DNA from: Candidatus Woykebacteria bacterium RBG_13_40_15
GTDB taxonomy: Bacteria; Patescibacteriota; Microgenomatia; Woykebacterales; RBG-16-39-9b
Length of the DNA stretch: 64,000 bases
Reading direction: 5' to 3'
Assembly: GCA_001816655.1 (NCBI GenBank)
Contig: MHCP01000025.1
Span: 78,428-142,427 of the forward strand
The position numbers and the translations under genes are program-made. Position 1 is the stretch's first letter, and each line of letters opens with the position of its first letter. Under the pieces are notes generated by a model. That model had not been told where the DNA came from. It saw only the letters and a program-made list of their open reading frames with translations, and ran no database searches. This document shows positions 8,400 through 16,096 of this stretch, piece after piece.

Positions 8400-8768
8400 A
8401 CTAAGGTAAAACCAACATCAACGCTAGCTTTAGAAGAAGCAAGGGAAGCAGTAGTAAAAATTAGGACCTTAAAGCCTCTCCTTTCCCCAATGGACTAGGA
8501 AACTCTTGTTACTCTAATGGACAAGGAATTGATGGGGCACCTAGATAAAAGCCTGAAAGAGGCTGAAAGGGGTCAACTGGAACCTCTAAAAAACATTTTA
8601 ATTTAGATGTATCAAAGAGTTACTACTCTCTCAGCTAAGCGTTCTCTTAAAAAGCTCCCCTTGAAATTACGTGAGGAAATCATAAACGCTACCAAGGTAC
8701 TTGAGGAGAATCAGCTAGAAGGCGAAAAACTTTCCGGTAGTCTTAATTTCCTGTACTCCTTCTTGTAA
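8400..8768 (+). pseudogene. Decayed type II toxin–antitoxin remnant (antitoxin-like fragment plus truncated RelE/ParE-like toxin)
   Basis: Hand translation of 8607-8768 gives MYQRVTTLSAKRSLKKLPLKLREEIINATKVLEENQLEGEKLSGSLNFLYSFL. This is the N-terminal half of a RelE/ParE fold (KLSG.L.G.Y) that stops before the catalytic C-terminus. Upstream fragments (...LEPLKNIL) are antitoxin-like. No intact ORF of 60 aa or more is present. Confidence 0.4.
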
Positions 8769-9068
8769 TAATTCATTTTGCTGATAAAAGAGAAAACTTC
8801 TACAAGAAGTTGCGTAACCTTTTCCGCTAGATTAAAGACAAGTCTGTTTATTCTTTTAGGACTAAACCCTTCTTTGAAAACTTCTTCAATAGGGAACTTT
8901 TATGCTCTTATTTAAACAAAGAAAAACGACCCATTTCTGAGTCGTTTCTCCTCCTAAGAAAACCAATTTCTTGATTTGCTTAGGGAAAGGCAGGTCTCAC
9001 AGGCAGAGCCTCAAGCCTCTCCTTCAATTTCCTAAAGGATGGGTTTAGTTCGACGAGGCAGTTTGTGC

Positions 9069-9383
9069 TTAAGAAAGCCGCTCGTTCAGACTGTCAATTG
9101 CTACGGAGATGGCCGCATGGCGGTAATCCAGTTGCTCTAGCTCCTGAATTACCCAAGGCAATGCTTCCTCTAGGATAATCATTGCCTCCAGAGTCCGAAG
9201 CTGACTGCATAGGCCTCCGATTTCCTGCAGTCTGCCTCTTTCCAATTCCTCAGCAGACATGAATCTTCCGCCGCTCCTGACCCCACCTCTTGCCATAGCG
9301 GGCTCAATTCCCTTCAGGTTCTCGCAGTGCGTTTTTATAGAGGTTATTACTGCCTCGTGTGCAGGTTTTAGTTCTTTTGGCAT
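9069..9383 (-). CDS. hypothetical protein in a higher-GC segment
   Basis: A 104-aa ORF with no recognised motif. Confidence 0.25.
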   Translation of the reverse strand: MPKELKPAHEAVITSIKTHCENLKGIEPAMARGGVRSGGRFMSAEELERGRLQEIGGLCSQLRTLEAMIILEEALPWVIQELEQLDYRHAAISVAIDSLNERLS

Positions 9384-9527
9384 CTCTCACCTCCCTTTCT
9401 TGATTGCTAGATTATATCAAACTATGTCAAAGTTGTTTGCAATAGATTGATGCAGCCTTACACCCCTGGGGTGTTTTAGGTTTACACCTGCGGTCGTTTA
9501 TATTATTTTTGATTTGTAGTGATGATT

Positions 9528-9577
9528 ACAAGGACGGGCCTTGCAAGCTGACAAGCTCATAAATGAAAAAGGAGTAA
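9528..9577. repeat. Repeat family RepA, copy 1
   Basis: acaaggacgggccttgcaagctgacaagctcataaatgaaaaaggagta is about 48 bp and nearly identical to 12549-12596. It contains the perfect hairpin GCAAGG-ACGGG-CCTTGC followed by an AAGGAG tract. Confidence 0.8.
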
Positions 9578-9613
9578 TTCGTGCGTCAACCCCGCGGGTT
9601 GGAAGCTAAATAG

Positions 9614-9640
9614 ACAACGAAGGGGTTGGTTGTTTAAGGG
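9614..9640. repeat. Repeat family RepB, copy 1 (partial)
   Basis: acaacgaaggggttggttgtttaaggg matches the copies at 10751-10790 and 11442-11477. Confidence 0.7.
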
Positions 9641-9709
9641 ATCAAATCCTCTGTAATACCTGTAAAAGCACTTGAAAATCGTCTAAAAATCGTCTAAAAT
9701 TAGTCTAAT

Positions 9710-10747
9710 ATGTTTAATCCTCACTACACTATCACAAACCAGATTTTGGCAAATATCAAAAGGATTGCCGATTTAATAAACGAGTTGAACCATAGGCGCT
9801 TCCCTCATGTCGTTTTGGTTGAGTTGGAGAAAACCGCAAGAGCAGTTTCTACCTATGCCTCAACCAGCATTGAAGGAAATCCTCTCCCCTTAACTGAAGT
9901 TAAAAAAATTCTCAAATCAAAACCATCTCATGTTCGAGAGAGTGAAAAAGAGGTTTTAAATTATAACCAAGCATTACAAGATCTAAACAAAAAACTTGAA
10001 GAAGGTAAAGTTAAATTGTCCCTTGATTTAATATTAAAGATCCAAAAACAGGTGACTGAGGGTCTCTTACCACCTTTTGAGTCTGGACTTTTAAGGCAAA
10101 AACCTGTTGTAATAAACGACCCACGGACCAAACAAGTTAAGTTTCTACCTCCTGATATAAAAGATGTAGAACCTTTTTTAAAAGATTTAATAGGATTTGT
10201 AAACGCTAGCAGAGATAAAATCGATCCACTTATTTTAGCCGGTATATTTCATAAACAAATGGTAATAATCCATCCATTCACAGATGGTAACGGCAGAACT
10301 ACTCGTCTTGCAACAAAAGTACTTCTAGCTGAAATGGGATTAAATACCTTTAATCTGTTTAGCTTCGAGAATTACTACAACAGAAACGTTACAAGGTATT
10401 TTCAGACTGTCGGAGAGTTTGGAAACTACTATGATTTACTTGATAAGATCGATTTTACACCTTGGCTTGAGTATTTTACTGAAGGAATCATAGACGAGCT
10501 CCTCCGAATACAAAAACTCCTTCCGGAGGTTGGGATAAGCCCTGAAACGAAGCTTCAAACCTACCACCTAAAGATACTTGGTTTTATTGGAGAAAAAGGG
10601 TTTATTACTGACAGCGATTATGCACAATTGGGCACCCGTGCAAAAGCCACAAGAGCACTTGACTTTCAAAAACTACTGGAGCTTGGTTTAATCGAAAGAA
10701 AAGGAAAAGGCAAGGCAACTTACTATATTTTAAGAGAGAAACAATAA
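9710..10747 (+). CDS. Fic/Doc-family protein (Fic_N plus Fic core plus C-terminal winged-helix)
   Basis: The Fic catalytic motif HPFTDGNGRTTR matches HPFx[DE]GNGR. The C-terminus looks like a wHTH (KGFITDSDYAQLGTRAKATRALDFQKLLELGLIERKGKGKATYY). Confidence 0.8.
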   Translation: MFNPHYTITNQILANIKRIADLINELNHRRFPHVVLVELEKTARAVSTYASTSIEGNPLPLTEVKKILKSKPSHVRESEKEVLNYNQALQDLNKKLEEGKVKLSLDLILKIQKQVTEGLLPPFESGLLRQKPVVINDPRTKQVKFLPPDIKDVEPFLKDLIGFVNASRDKIDPLILAGIFHKQMVIIHPFTDGNGRTTRLATKVLLAEMGLNTFNLFSFENYYNRNVTRYFQTVGEFGNYYDLLDKIDFTPWLEYFTEGIIDELLRIQKLLPEVGISPETKLQTYHLKILGFIGEKGFITDSDYAQLGTRAKATRALDFQKLLELGLIERKGKGKATYYILREKQ

Positions 10748-10750
10748 GTC

Positions 10751-10790
10751 TGTAAATAAACAATGAGGGGGGGGGGTGGTTGTTGATTGA
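10751..10790. repeat. Repeat family RepB, copy 2 (carries a G9 homopolymer)
   Basis: tgtaaataaacaatgagggggggggtggttgttgattga. Confidence 0.7.
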
Positions 10791-10850
10791 CATAGCTAGG
10801 TATTATATACTTATAAATGTATTGTCCAAAATAGTTAAAGAGATACTGAC

Positions 10851-11171
10851 ATGAAACAGATAAATCGACTACCAAAACTTCCAAAAAAAATATTAGTTGA
10901 GATAAAAAAGGCTGATTCTGGAGATTTTTTAGCTTATATCCCCGAGTTTGACATTTTCACTGAGGCTGATAATCCCGCACACTTGATTCTCCAAGTTAAT
11001 GATTTGATATATGCTTACTTTGACGTCCCTAAAAAATATCAAGCACAACTTCATTTTTTCCCTCCGTTAGAAGTCTTGGAGGATTTGTGGGGTATTAGAG
11101 AGGTAAAACTACCAAAAGTCCAATTTAGCTCCTTCTACACCCCAAACAGCCACCTGCTCCAGTGCGTATGA
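10851..11171 (+). CDS. HicB-like antitoxin-family protein
   Basis: KKILVEIKKADSGDFLAYIPEFDIFTEADNPAHLILQVNDLIYAYF fits the HicB_like/UPF0150 pattern (I.K.EDG.Y.A.VPEL.G..T.GDT.EEA). It overlaps the downstream HicA-like gene by 10 nt. Confidence 0.5.
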   Translation: MKQINRLPKLPKKILVEIKKADSGDFLAYIPEFDIFTEADNPAHLILQVNDLIYAYFDVPKKYQAQLHFFPPLEVLEDLWGIREVKLPKVQFSSFYTPNSHLLQCV

Positions 11172-11410
11172 AATCATTTGGCTCCAAAGACTTAATCAGA
11201 TGTTTGCTTTGTTTAAAGTTTAAAGAAGGCAAACAGGTAGCGTCATCTCACATAAAATACCATTGTCCTAAGAAAGCAGCTGTTGGAACCCGCCCATTCA
11301 TAACCGTTATTCTAGGTAGAAAAACGTATGATCCGGTAACTAGGGGTAGATATTTGAACCAAATGAAAAAACTGGGATACTCTCTTGAAGAAATAAAAAA
11401 GTGTATGTAG
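11162..11410 (+). CDS. HicA-like mRNA-interferase toxin
   Basis: ...SKDLIRCL...KQVASSHIKYHCPKKAAVGTRPFITVILGRKTYDPVTRGRYLNQMKKLGYSLEEI carries the conserved SH at the YcfA/HicA GSH-motif position and the C-terminal 'I..agls.eef' tail. Confidence 0.55.
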   Translation: MRMKSFGSKDLIRCLLCLKFKEGKQVASSHIKYHCPKKAAVGTRPFITVILGRKTYDPVTRGRYLNQMKKLGYSLEEIKKCM

Positions 11411-11441
11411 CTACTGTGTTTTAACAGAAAAAATTTTTCGC

Positions 11442-11477
11442 TGTAAATAAACAATGAGGGGGTTGGTTGTTTAAGGA
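11442..11477. repeat. Repeat family RepB, copy 3
   Basis: tgtaaataaacaatgagggggttggttgtttaagga. Confidence 0.7.
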
Positions 11478-11530
11478 AATTTTGCCAACGAAAAAGGGGC
11501 ACTCCTTGGTTGATGAGTACCCCTGTTCGT

Positions 11531-11815
11531 CTACTCCCCTTCGGCTGCCGATGATCTCTGTGAGATGTCTTCTCTTTTACGAAAGGCCTTCTCGATTTCG
11601 CTTCTTGCAACCCTCTCCCAGCGCTTAATCACGAAGGGTGTGATTATACCGAGTATCAGGACTACAACCAGCAAGACTAGTCCTACATGTGGCCGGAGGA
11701 ATAGGACAATCAATGTCCCGATTACGCTGCTGCATGTGCTAAAGAGCCAGAAACCCGTTAGCCTTTCTCTCGTTTGGGTTACCCTCTCTTCTTCTTTTCT
11801 CCTTGTCGTCATTGT
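11531..11815 (-). CDS. small two-TM membrane protein (about 95 aa) in a GC-rich segment
   Basis: This is the C-terminal part of the 229-aa ORF-track entry, starting at the internal MTTRRKEE. There are two clear hydrophobic helices. The upstream part of that ORF overlaps the 177-aa ORF out of frame. Confidence 0.3.
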   Translation of the reverse strand, partial: TMTTRRKEEERVTQTRERLTGFWLFSTCSSVIGTLIVLFLRPHVGLVLLVVVLILGIITPFVIKRWERVARSEIEKAFRKREDISQRSSAAEGE

Positions 11816-11853
11816 GGTTCTCCCTCTCCGCTTTCCCGACTCCTGTCCGCGTG

Positions 11854-12387
11854 TTACTGAGAGTGCTTTCTCCCAAAGAGGAGACGGGCGCCCAAGATAA
11901 CAAGAATAAGATGGGCAAGAATTGTTCCCTTTACTCCTCTGAATTGGGCTTCTCGTGCTTCCGGTTGCGGTGCCTCTGTTTGCAGGAGTTGCAATTGAGC
12001 TGCATCTACCATCACCGCTCTTACTGCTGTGCCCAAGGCGAGTCGGTAGACACAACCTCCCCCCACTACTACACAGACGACCGCTGCCAGCAAAAGCGCA
12101 GCCCCAAGGGAGTTCCCGGGATTGACGTGATTCTCGGAATCGAGAATCGTAAAGCCGAAGACCGTCAAGGCTAATGTTGCTGCGATTGTAAGCGAAATAA
12201 TGATAGGCAGGATTTTCCATTCGCGTCCGCCGCCTATATGCTCTTCATCTTCGGCTAACTGTTTGGCTAGACGAAGACGATCCGAGATTGGCAATTTCGA
12301 TGCCCCGACGATTGCCCTACTAAGTAGGGTTAGTCGGTCTAGGACCTCTGCCAACTCGATTTCATCCGAGTCCCTGGCGTTAACCAT
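11854..12387 (-). CDS. membrane protein (177 aa) in a GC-rich segment
   Basis: An acidic N-terminal region of about 50 aa is followed by three or four hydrophobic helices. Confidence 0.35.
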   Translation of the reverse strand: MVNARDSDEIELAEVLDRLTLLSRAIVGASKLPISDRLRLAKQLAEDEEHIGGGREWKILPIIISLTIAATLALTVFGFTILDSENHVNPGNSLGAALLLAAVVCVVVGGGCVYRLALGTAVRAVMVDAAQLQLLQTEAPQPEAREAQFRGVKGTILAHLILVILGARLLFGRKHSQ

Positions 12388-12548
12388 GGGATCACTTCCT
12401 TTCGCTACTGACTATTTCCTCTCCCTTTTCTTGAGTTATTTGCTGGATTTAATTGTGCTGTTTTTGATTGTAGCACAAGGATTTATTTTTTGGAAGTTAA
12501 GCGCTTATTGTGAGTTGGTTAGGGGTTGAACTCATAAATTTTATAACT

Positions 12549-12596
12549 GCAAGGACGGGCCTTGCAAGCTGACAAGCTCATAAAAGAAAAGGAGTA
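12549..12596. repeat. Repeat family RepA, copy 2
   Basis: gcaaggacgggccttgcaagctgacaagctcataaaagaaaaggagta. The shared tttttgatt(t)gtag block also appears upstream in both copies. Confidence 0.8.
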
Positions 12597-12640
12597 CCCC
12601 ACCACCTGTGTTTGGTAAGGTACTCCTCGCGTTCTCTCTC

Positions 12641-12817
12641 CTAGCTTCCTTGGTATTCTGGTCGGATTGCTATTATGAGCAGAACGGCCAGAACAGCGAT
12701 AATGACTACACTAAACACTGCAATCAGGGGAGGAAGAAAACAAACGGTCAAGCTGCTTAGAACGCCAGCAGAAAGACCTATCCTTATTAGTTTTATTTTC
12801 CACTGGATGTATTTCAC
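12641..12817 (-). CDS. possible small membrane protein (58 aa, GTG start), below the ORF-track cutoff
   Basis: Hand translation of the minus strand gives VKYIQWKIKLIRIGLSAGVLSSLTVCFLPPLIAVFSVVIIAVLAVLLIIAIRPEYQGS. Confidence 0.2.
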   Translation of the reverse strand: MKYIQWKIKLIRIGLSAGVLSSLTVCFLPPLIAVFSVVIIAVLAVLLIIAIRPEYQGS

Positions 12818-12904
12818 TTCCCTCCCCCTTCCTTGTGAGATATCAGCAGACCGATGGCTGCAAAAGCGGCGAAGAGTAAGACCGCTACTTGGTCTCGTCT
12901 TTTC

Positions 12905-13198
12905 TTACTTGCCGAAAGGGCCGAAGGAACATAGAGTCGGCAGGCTCCCTAAGGTCGTCGTTGTGGCTTCGGCTTTTCCGCATGCTTCCACCCGCGTGTT
13001 GGTTACCAGTTGATAACCACCGAAGACAAGCACTCCGGCTACTAGGATTACTCCTAGGTACCGAGTACCCTTCCTAGCCTTTTCGAAAAAGGCCTTCAGG
13101 CGCGGGCCGAAAGCCAGACCCAAACCGAGTAGTGCTACCAATCCAAAAAAGACCAGCAGCGTTAGGTTGCAGGAGTTGATTGCGATTGTTAAGAGCAT
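12905..13198 (-). CDS. small membrane protein (97 aa) in a GC-rich segment
   Basis: Two or three hydrophobic helices; MLLTIAINSCNLTLLVFFGLVALLGLGLAF... Confidence 0.3.
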   Translation of the reverse strand: MLLTIAINSCNLTLLVFFGLVALLGLGLAFGPRLKAFFEKARKGTRYLGVILVAGVLVFGGYQLVTNTRVEACGKAEATTTTLGSLPTLCSFGPFGK

Positions 13199-13685
13199 CG
13201 ATCTCTCCTTTCGATTTTTTGCTCTTTTCTAGAACCTGCCTGCTTGTAATTGTTACTAGTTTAAAATTATAGGGTGTAAAAGTCAATAGGTTTAGGGTCT
13301 ATGCTCTAAAATTGAGGCTAAAAAATGCTGTGGTCAATAACAAGGATCGGATTTTCTTCAAAAAAGGAAAAGGCAGACCAAAAAGATGCTTCATGCGAAT
13401 GCATCCGGCCTGCCCATCAGTCCGTGGGTGCTGGCTCTCTCTGTTGCGGTCCCTGATAAAGCTGGACTGCGCCTTATCTTCCACCGCGAGCGGACACCGC
13501 AGGTTTCGCGCGTAGCGGACGATCGCCTCTCTACTTCTAAGTAAGAGGCACAAATCGCTGGGCCCCTAGCAGTTAACTGCATCTGCAGATCGGTAGAGAA
13601 TACCGCTGCGTTGACCCATTTGCGCCGCGTTGTGCGAAGCCAGGCAAGTATAACAAAGAAAAGTAGGAAAGTCAATACTATGGGG

Positions 13686-14011
13686 TGCTGAGGTTGATTG
13701 GTGCACTGTATTAGATTTTACTTTAAGACTTTTTAACTGGCAAAAAGTATAAAAACCAAACAAACCAGAGTAACCAGAGTAAATCCTTCCAGTCTTGGGT
13801 TAAAATTCCTGGGATGCCCAAAAAACCGATAAATCCTAAAAAACCAAGTGTCCAGGTTTTTTTCATAATTTTATTATACACCGAGTTCCGAATCATGAGT
13901 GATGCTTGTCCTGAGCTAGTTCACACTGAGCTGAGTTTATCCTGAGCAGCTCGCAATGAACTCGCTGTGAACTGAAGTGAAGGGAAGTGAAGTAGGAGAA
14001 CTTTTAGTGCC
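13686..14011. repeat. Dispersed repeat family, copy B (long form, about 326 bp)
   Basis: The 5' end tactatggggtgctgaggtt and the 3' end gaagtaggagaacttttagtgcc match copies C and D. The internal cctgagc blocks match copy A. Confidence 0.6.
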
Positions 14012-14019
14012 TATATTTG

Positions 14020-14056
14020 AACAAAAGAAAACGGCGATAAGTTTCCCTATCGCCGC
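14020..14056 (-). terminator. Rho-independent terminator for the minus-strand gene ending at 14077
   Basis: The hairpin GGCGATA-GGGAAAC-TTATCGCC (minus-strand sense) is followed by GTTTTCTTTTGTT. Confidence 0.5.
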
Positions 14057-14076
14057 ATTCAGAATGTAACAATCCC

Positions 14077-14415
14077 TCAGTCCAGAGCCTCCCGATCACT
14101 GATAGAACGAACCAAGGGCCTGCCAAGGCGCGATGCCAGCACCATTTCGTGGGCAACAAAGCTGCCCATCGTCTCGATTAGGTCTATTGCTAATCGGCCT
14201 CTTGCTTCCGGGCTCTTGCATCTGCAGCTACAGATGATTGCTAGAAGAGCCAGATCCTCGGCCATTTGCCCTGCTCTCTCAGGGGCTATCGGTTCACCAT
14301 GGTTCAGAAACGATTCCCTCCGGGCCTCTTCGAGCAGCTCTCTTGCTATCGATATTATCTCCTGCTCGTCTTCACTTCTCTGAGCTTTGAGGCCCCTTCT
14401 GCCTCCATATCCCAT
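14077..14415 (-). CDS. hypothetical protein (112 aa), GC-rich
   Basis: ORF only. It contains a CSCRC cluster. Confidence 0.3.
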   Translation of the reverse strand: MGYGGRRGLKAQRSEDEQEIISIARELLEEARRESFLNHGEPIAPERAGQMAEDLALLAIICSCRCKSPEARGRLAIDLIETMGSFVAHEMVLASRLGRPLVRSISDREALD

Positions 14416-14457
14416 GGCAGTCTCCTTCTTTCTACTGGCGTTAGAATTACAAGTTGT

Positions 14458-14892
14458 TCAGCCCGCAGCAACCTTTGGTTTTACGCGTTTTAGATGAACT
14501 GGATGTATAAACCAGCTCATTGACCGAGCAAGGAAAACACACTTCTCGTCCTCTTTCCCGAAATCTACCAACACGTAGGTGGGGAAGATGGTTTCATTTT
14601 CCCTGACCATCATAGTCCATTCGGAAAACTCTCCGATAAGGCGGACATCATCACCGTGGTAGTACTGATGAAATGGGTCGCCCCAAGACTCCACTCCGTG
14701 GCGGTCGGGTGGTTCACTTGCAGGCTTCAGGCCAGATTTTTGCATGTAGATAGGTAAGCCGTCTGTACGGCCATCCGCATCATATGCCAGGACAGCCACC
14801 AAGCTGCCTTGGTCCGCCTCCACACGAAGGGTGGCATCCTGAAGGCGATCTATGAGCCTGAACAACTCTACTTTCGTGGGTTGATTCCGCAT
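14458..14892 (-). CDS. hypothetical protein (144 aa), GC-rich
   Basis: ORF only. It lies on the same strand as its neighbours with short gaps, which suggests an operon. Confidence 0.35.
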   Translation of the reverse strand: MRNQPTKVELFRLIDRLQDATLRVEADQGSLVAVLAYDADGRTDGLPIYMQKSGLKPASEPPDRHGVESWGDPFHQYYHGDDVRLIGEFSEWTMMVRENETIFPTYVLVDFGKEDEKCVFLARSMSWFIHPVHLKRVKPKVAAG

Positions 14893-14966
14893 TACTTGCT
14901 CCCTCCCTTCCTTGTGTACTATTAGCTGTTTCCCTACGAACTGCTGGCACAGTTTCTATACGCTAG

Positions 14967-15326
14967 CTACCTGACAGTTTTAACTTTCCATATACCAGAT
15001 CCTCTCGATGATGGTGCGACCAACAGGTCCCCACTTATAAGTGGCCTTGGTCGTAACCTGTTTGATATGTGTGTCTTAGGGCAGGCTAATCGAAACGAGT
15101 TCTCATTTCGTCTAGCTCGATATCCACAACCAATGTCAGTGTACACTTCCCGACCATCGGTTATCTCCGCGAGCTTACTAGAAGTAATCTCGGTATCTCT
15201 AGGTATTCTCGCAAGATTGCCGTACGTATAGTCAAAATCCCACTCTGTCAAAAGAATGGTAACCGGGTTTCTACTGGCCGTTTGTTGGGTTTTTTTGGCA
15301 AACCGCCCAAAGATCCTAGATAGCAC
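14967..15326 (-). CDS. hypothetical protein (119 aa), GC-rich
   Basis: ORF only. Confidence 0.3.
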   Translation of the reverse strand: MLSRIFGRFAKKTQQTASRNPVTILLTEWDFDYTYGNLARIPRDTEITSSKLAEITDGREVYTDIGCGYRARRNENSFRLACPKTHISNRLRPRPLISGDLLVAPSSRGSGIWKVKTVR

Positions 15327-15430
15327 AATCGTCTCCTTTCGAGTGTTAGAAATCTTTCTCCCAAAGCCGTCTAGGAACCTATTTAACTGTTAACGCAGAT
15401 GATTATACCAGAAAGGAATATAAAATCAAG

Positions 15431-15511
15431 TACTATGGGGTGCTAGGGTCGTCTAGTGTACGACGTTACTTGTCCTTCGTAGCTTTAGCGAAGTAGGAGA
15501 ATCTTTTGTGC
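15431..15511. repeat. Dispersed repeat family, copy C (compact complete form, 81 bp)
   Basis: tactatggggtgctagggtcgtctagtgtacgacgttacttgtccttcgtagctttagcgaagtaggagaatcttttgtgc. Confidence 0.7.
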
Positions 15512-15526
15512 AACAGCGCGACTGTT

Positions 15527-15555
15527 GACAGCTGTACACAAAAATGTAATACTGG
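15527..15555 (+). promoter_or_regulatory. putative sigma70-type promoter of the phd–relE operon
   Basis: TTGACA, then a 16-nt spacer, then TAATAC immediately upstream of the antitoxin start. Confidence 0.3.
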
Positions 15556-15559
15556 CACT

Positions 15560-15832
15560 ATGTCTACAAAAACATTACCTGTTACCGAAGCTAGGAAGAA
15601 TTTAACAGATTTAGTGGGCAAGGCCTCAAGTCAATTGGATGAATATGTTATTACCGTGAAAGGCAAACCAAAAGCAGTTCTGATAAGCGCTGTTGAATTT
15701 GAAGGATGGAAAGAAACAAATGAAATTTTATCCAATCCAAAACTCGTCAAAGCTATACATGAAGGTGAGGAAGACATAAAAGCTGGTAGGATTGTAACCC
15801 TCGAAGGCCTCAAAAAAGAGTTTCATGTATAA
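15560..15832 (+). CDS. Phd/YefM-family antitoxin
   Basis: MSTKTLPVTEARKNLTDLVGKAS...ITVKGKPKAVLISAVEFEGWKET has the canonical Phd/YefM N-terminus. Its stop overlaps the toxin start. Confidence 0.75.
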   Translation: MSTKTLPVTEARKNLTDLVGKASSQLDEYVITVKGKPKAVLISAVEFEGWKETNEILSNPKLVKAIHEGEEDIKAGRIVTLEGLKKEFHV

Positions 15833-16082
15833 ACTAATTCTTTCTGCAAGAACAAGAAAAGAATTAAAAAAAGTTCCCAAACAACATAGAGAAGCAATAC
15901 TTCTAGCATTAGATGAAGTTAAAAACGATCCTTTTGAGGGAAAACCTTTATCCCGAGAACTTATCGGTAGATTTAGCTACCGAGTTGGGGTCTATAGAGT
16001 TATTTACCAAGTGAATAAACAAAACCAAACTATTTATATTTCAACTGCCGCTCATAGAGGAAAGGTTTATAAAAGAAAGTAG
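15825..16082 (+). CDS. RelE/ParE-family toxin
   Basis: GKPLSRELIGRFSYRVGVYRVIYQVNKQNQTIYISTAAHRGKVY has the R(V)GDYR(V)IY...V..IGHR pattern. Confidence 0.8.
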   Translation: MYKLILSARTRKELKKVPKQHREAILLALDEVKNDPFEGKPLSRELIGRFSYRVGVYRVIYQVNKQNQTIYISTAAHRGKVYKRK

Positions 16083-16096
16083 TTAAAATCATTGGT

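Noticed and set aside
11531-12220. 229-aa minus-strand ORF as a single gene
   Set aside because: Its N-terminal two-thirds overlaps the more plausible 177-aa membrane ORF in another frame and translates to low-complexity Ser/Arg/Gly sequence. Only the C-terminal about 95 aa (from MTTRRKEE) was kept.
12675-13077. Plus-strand ORFs 12675-13013 and 12889-13077
   Set aside because: They are antisense to the hydrophobic minus-strand ORFs and translate to Arg/Pro-rich sequence typical of off-frame GC-rich DNA.
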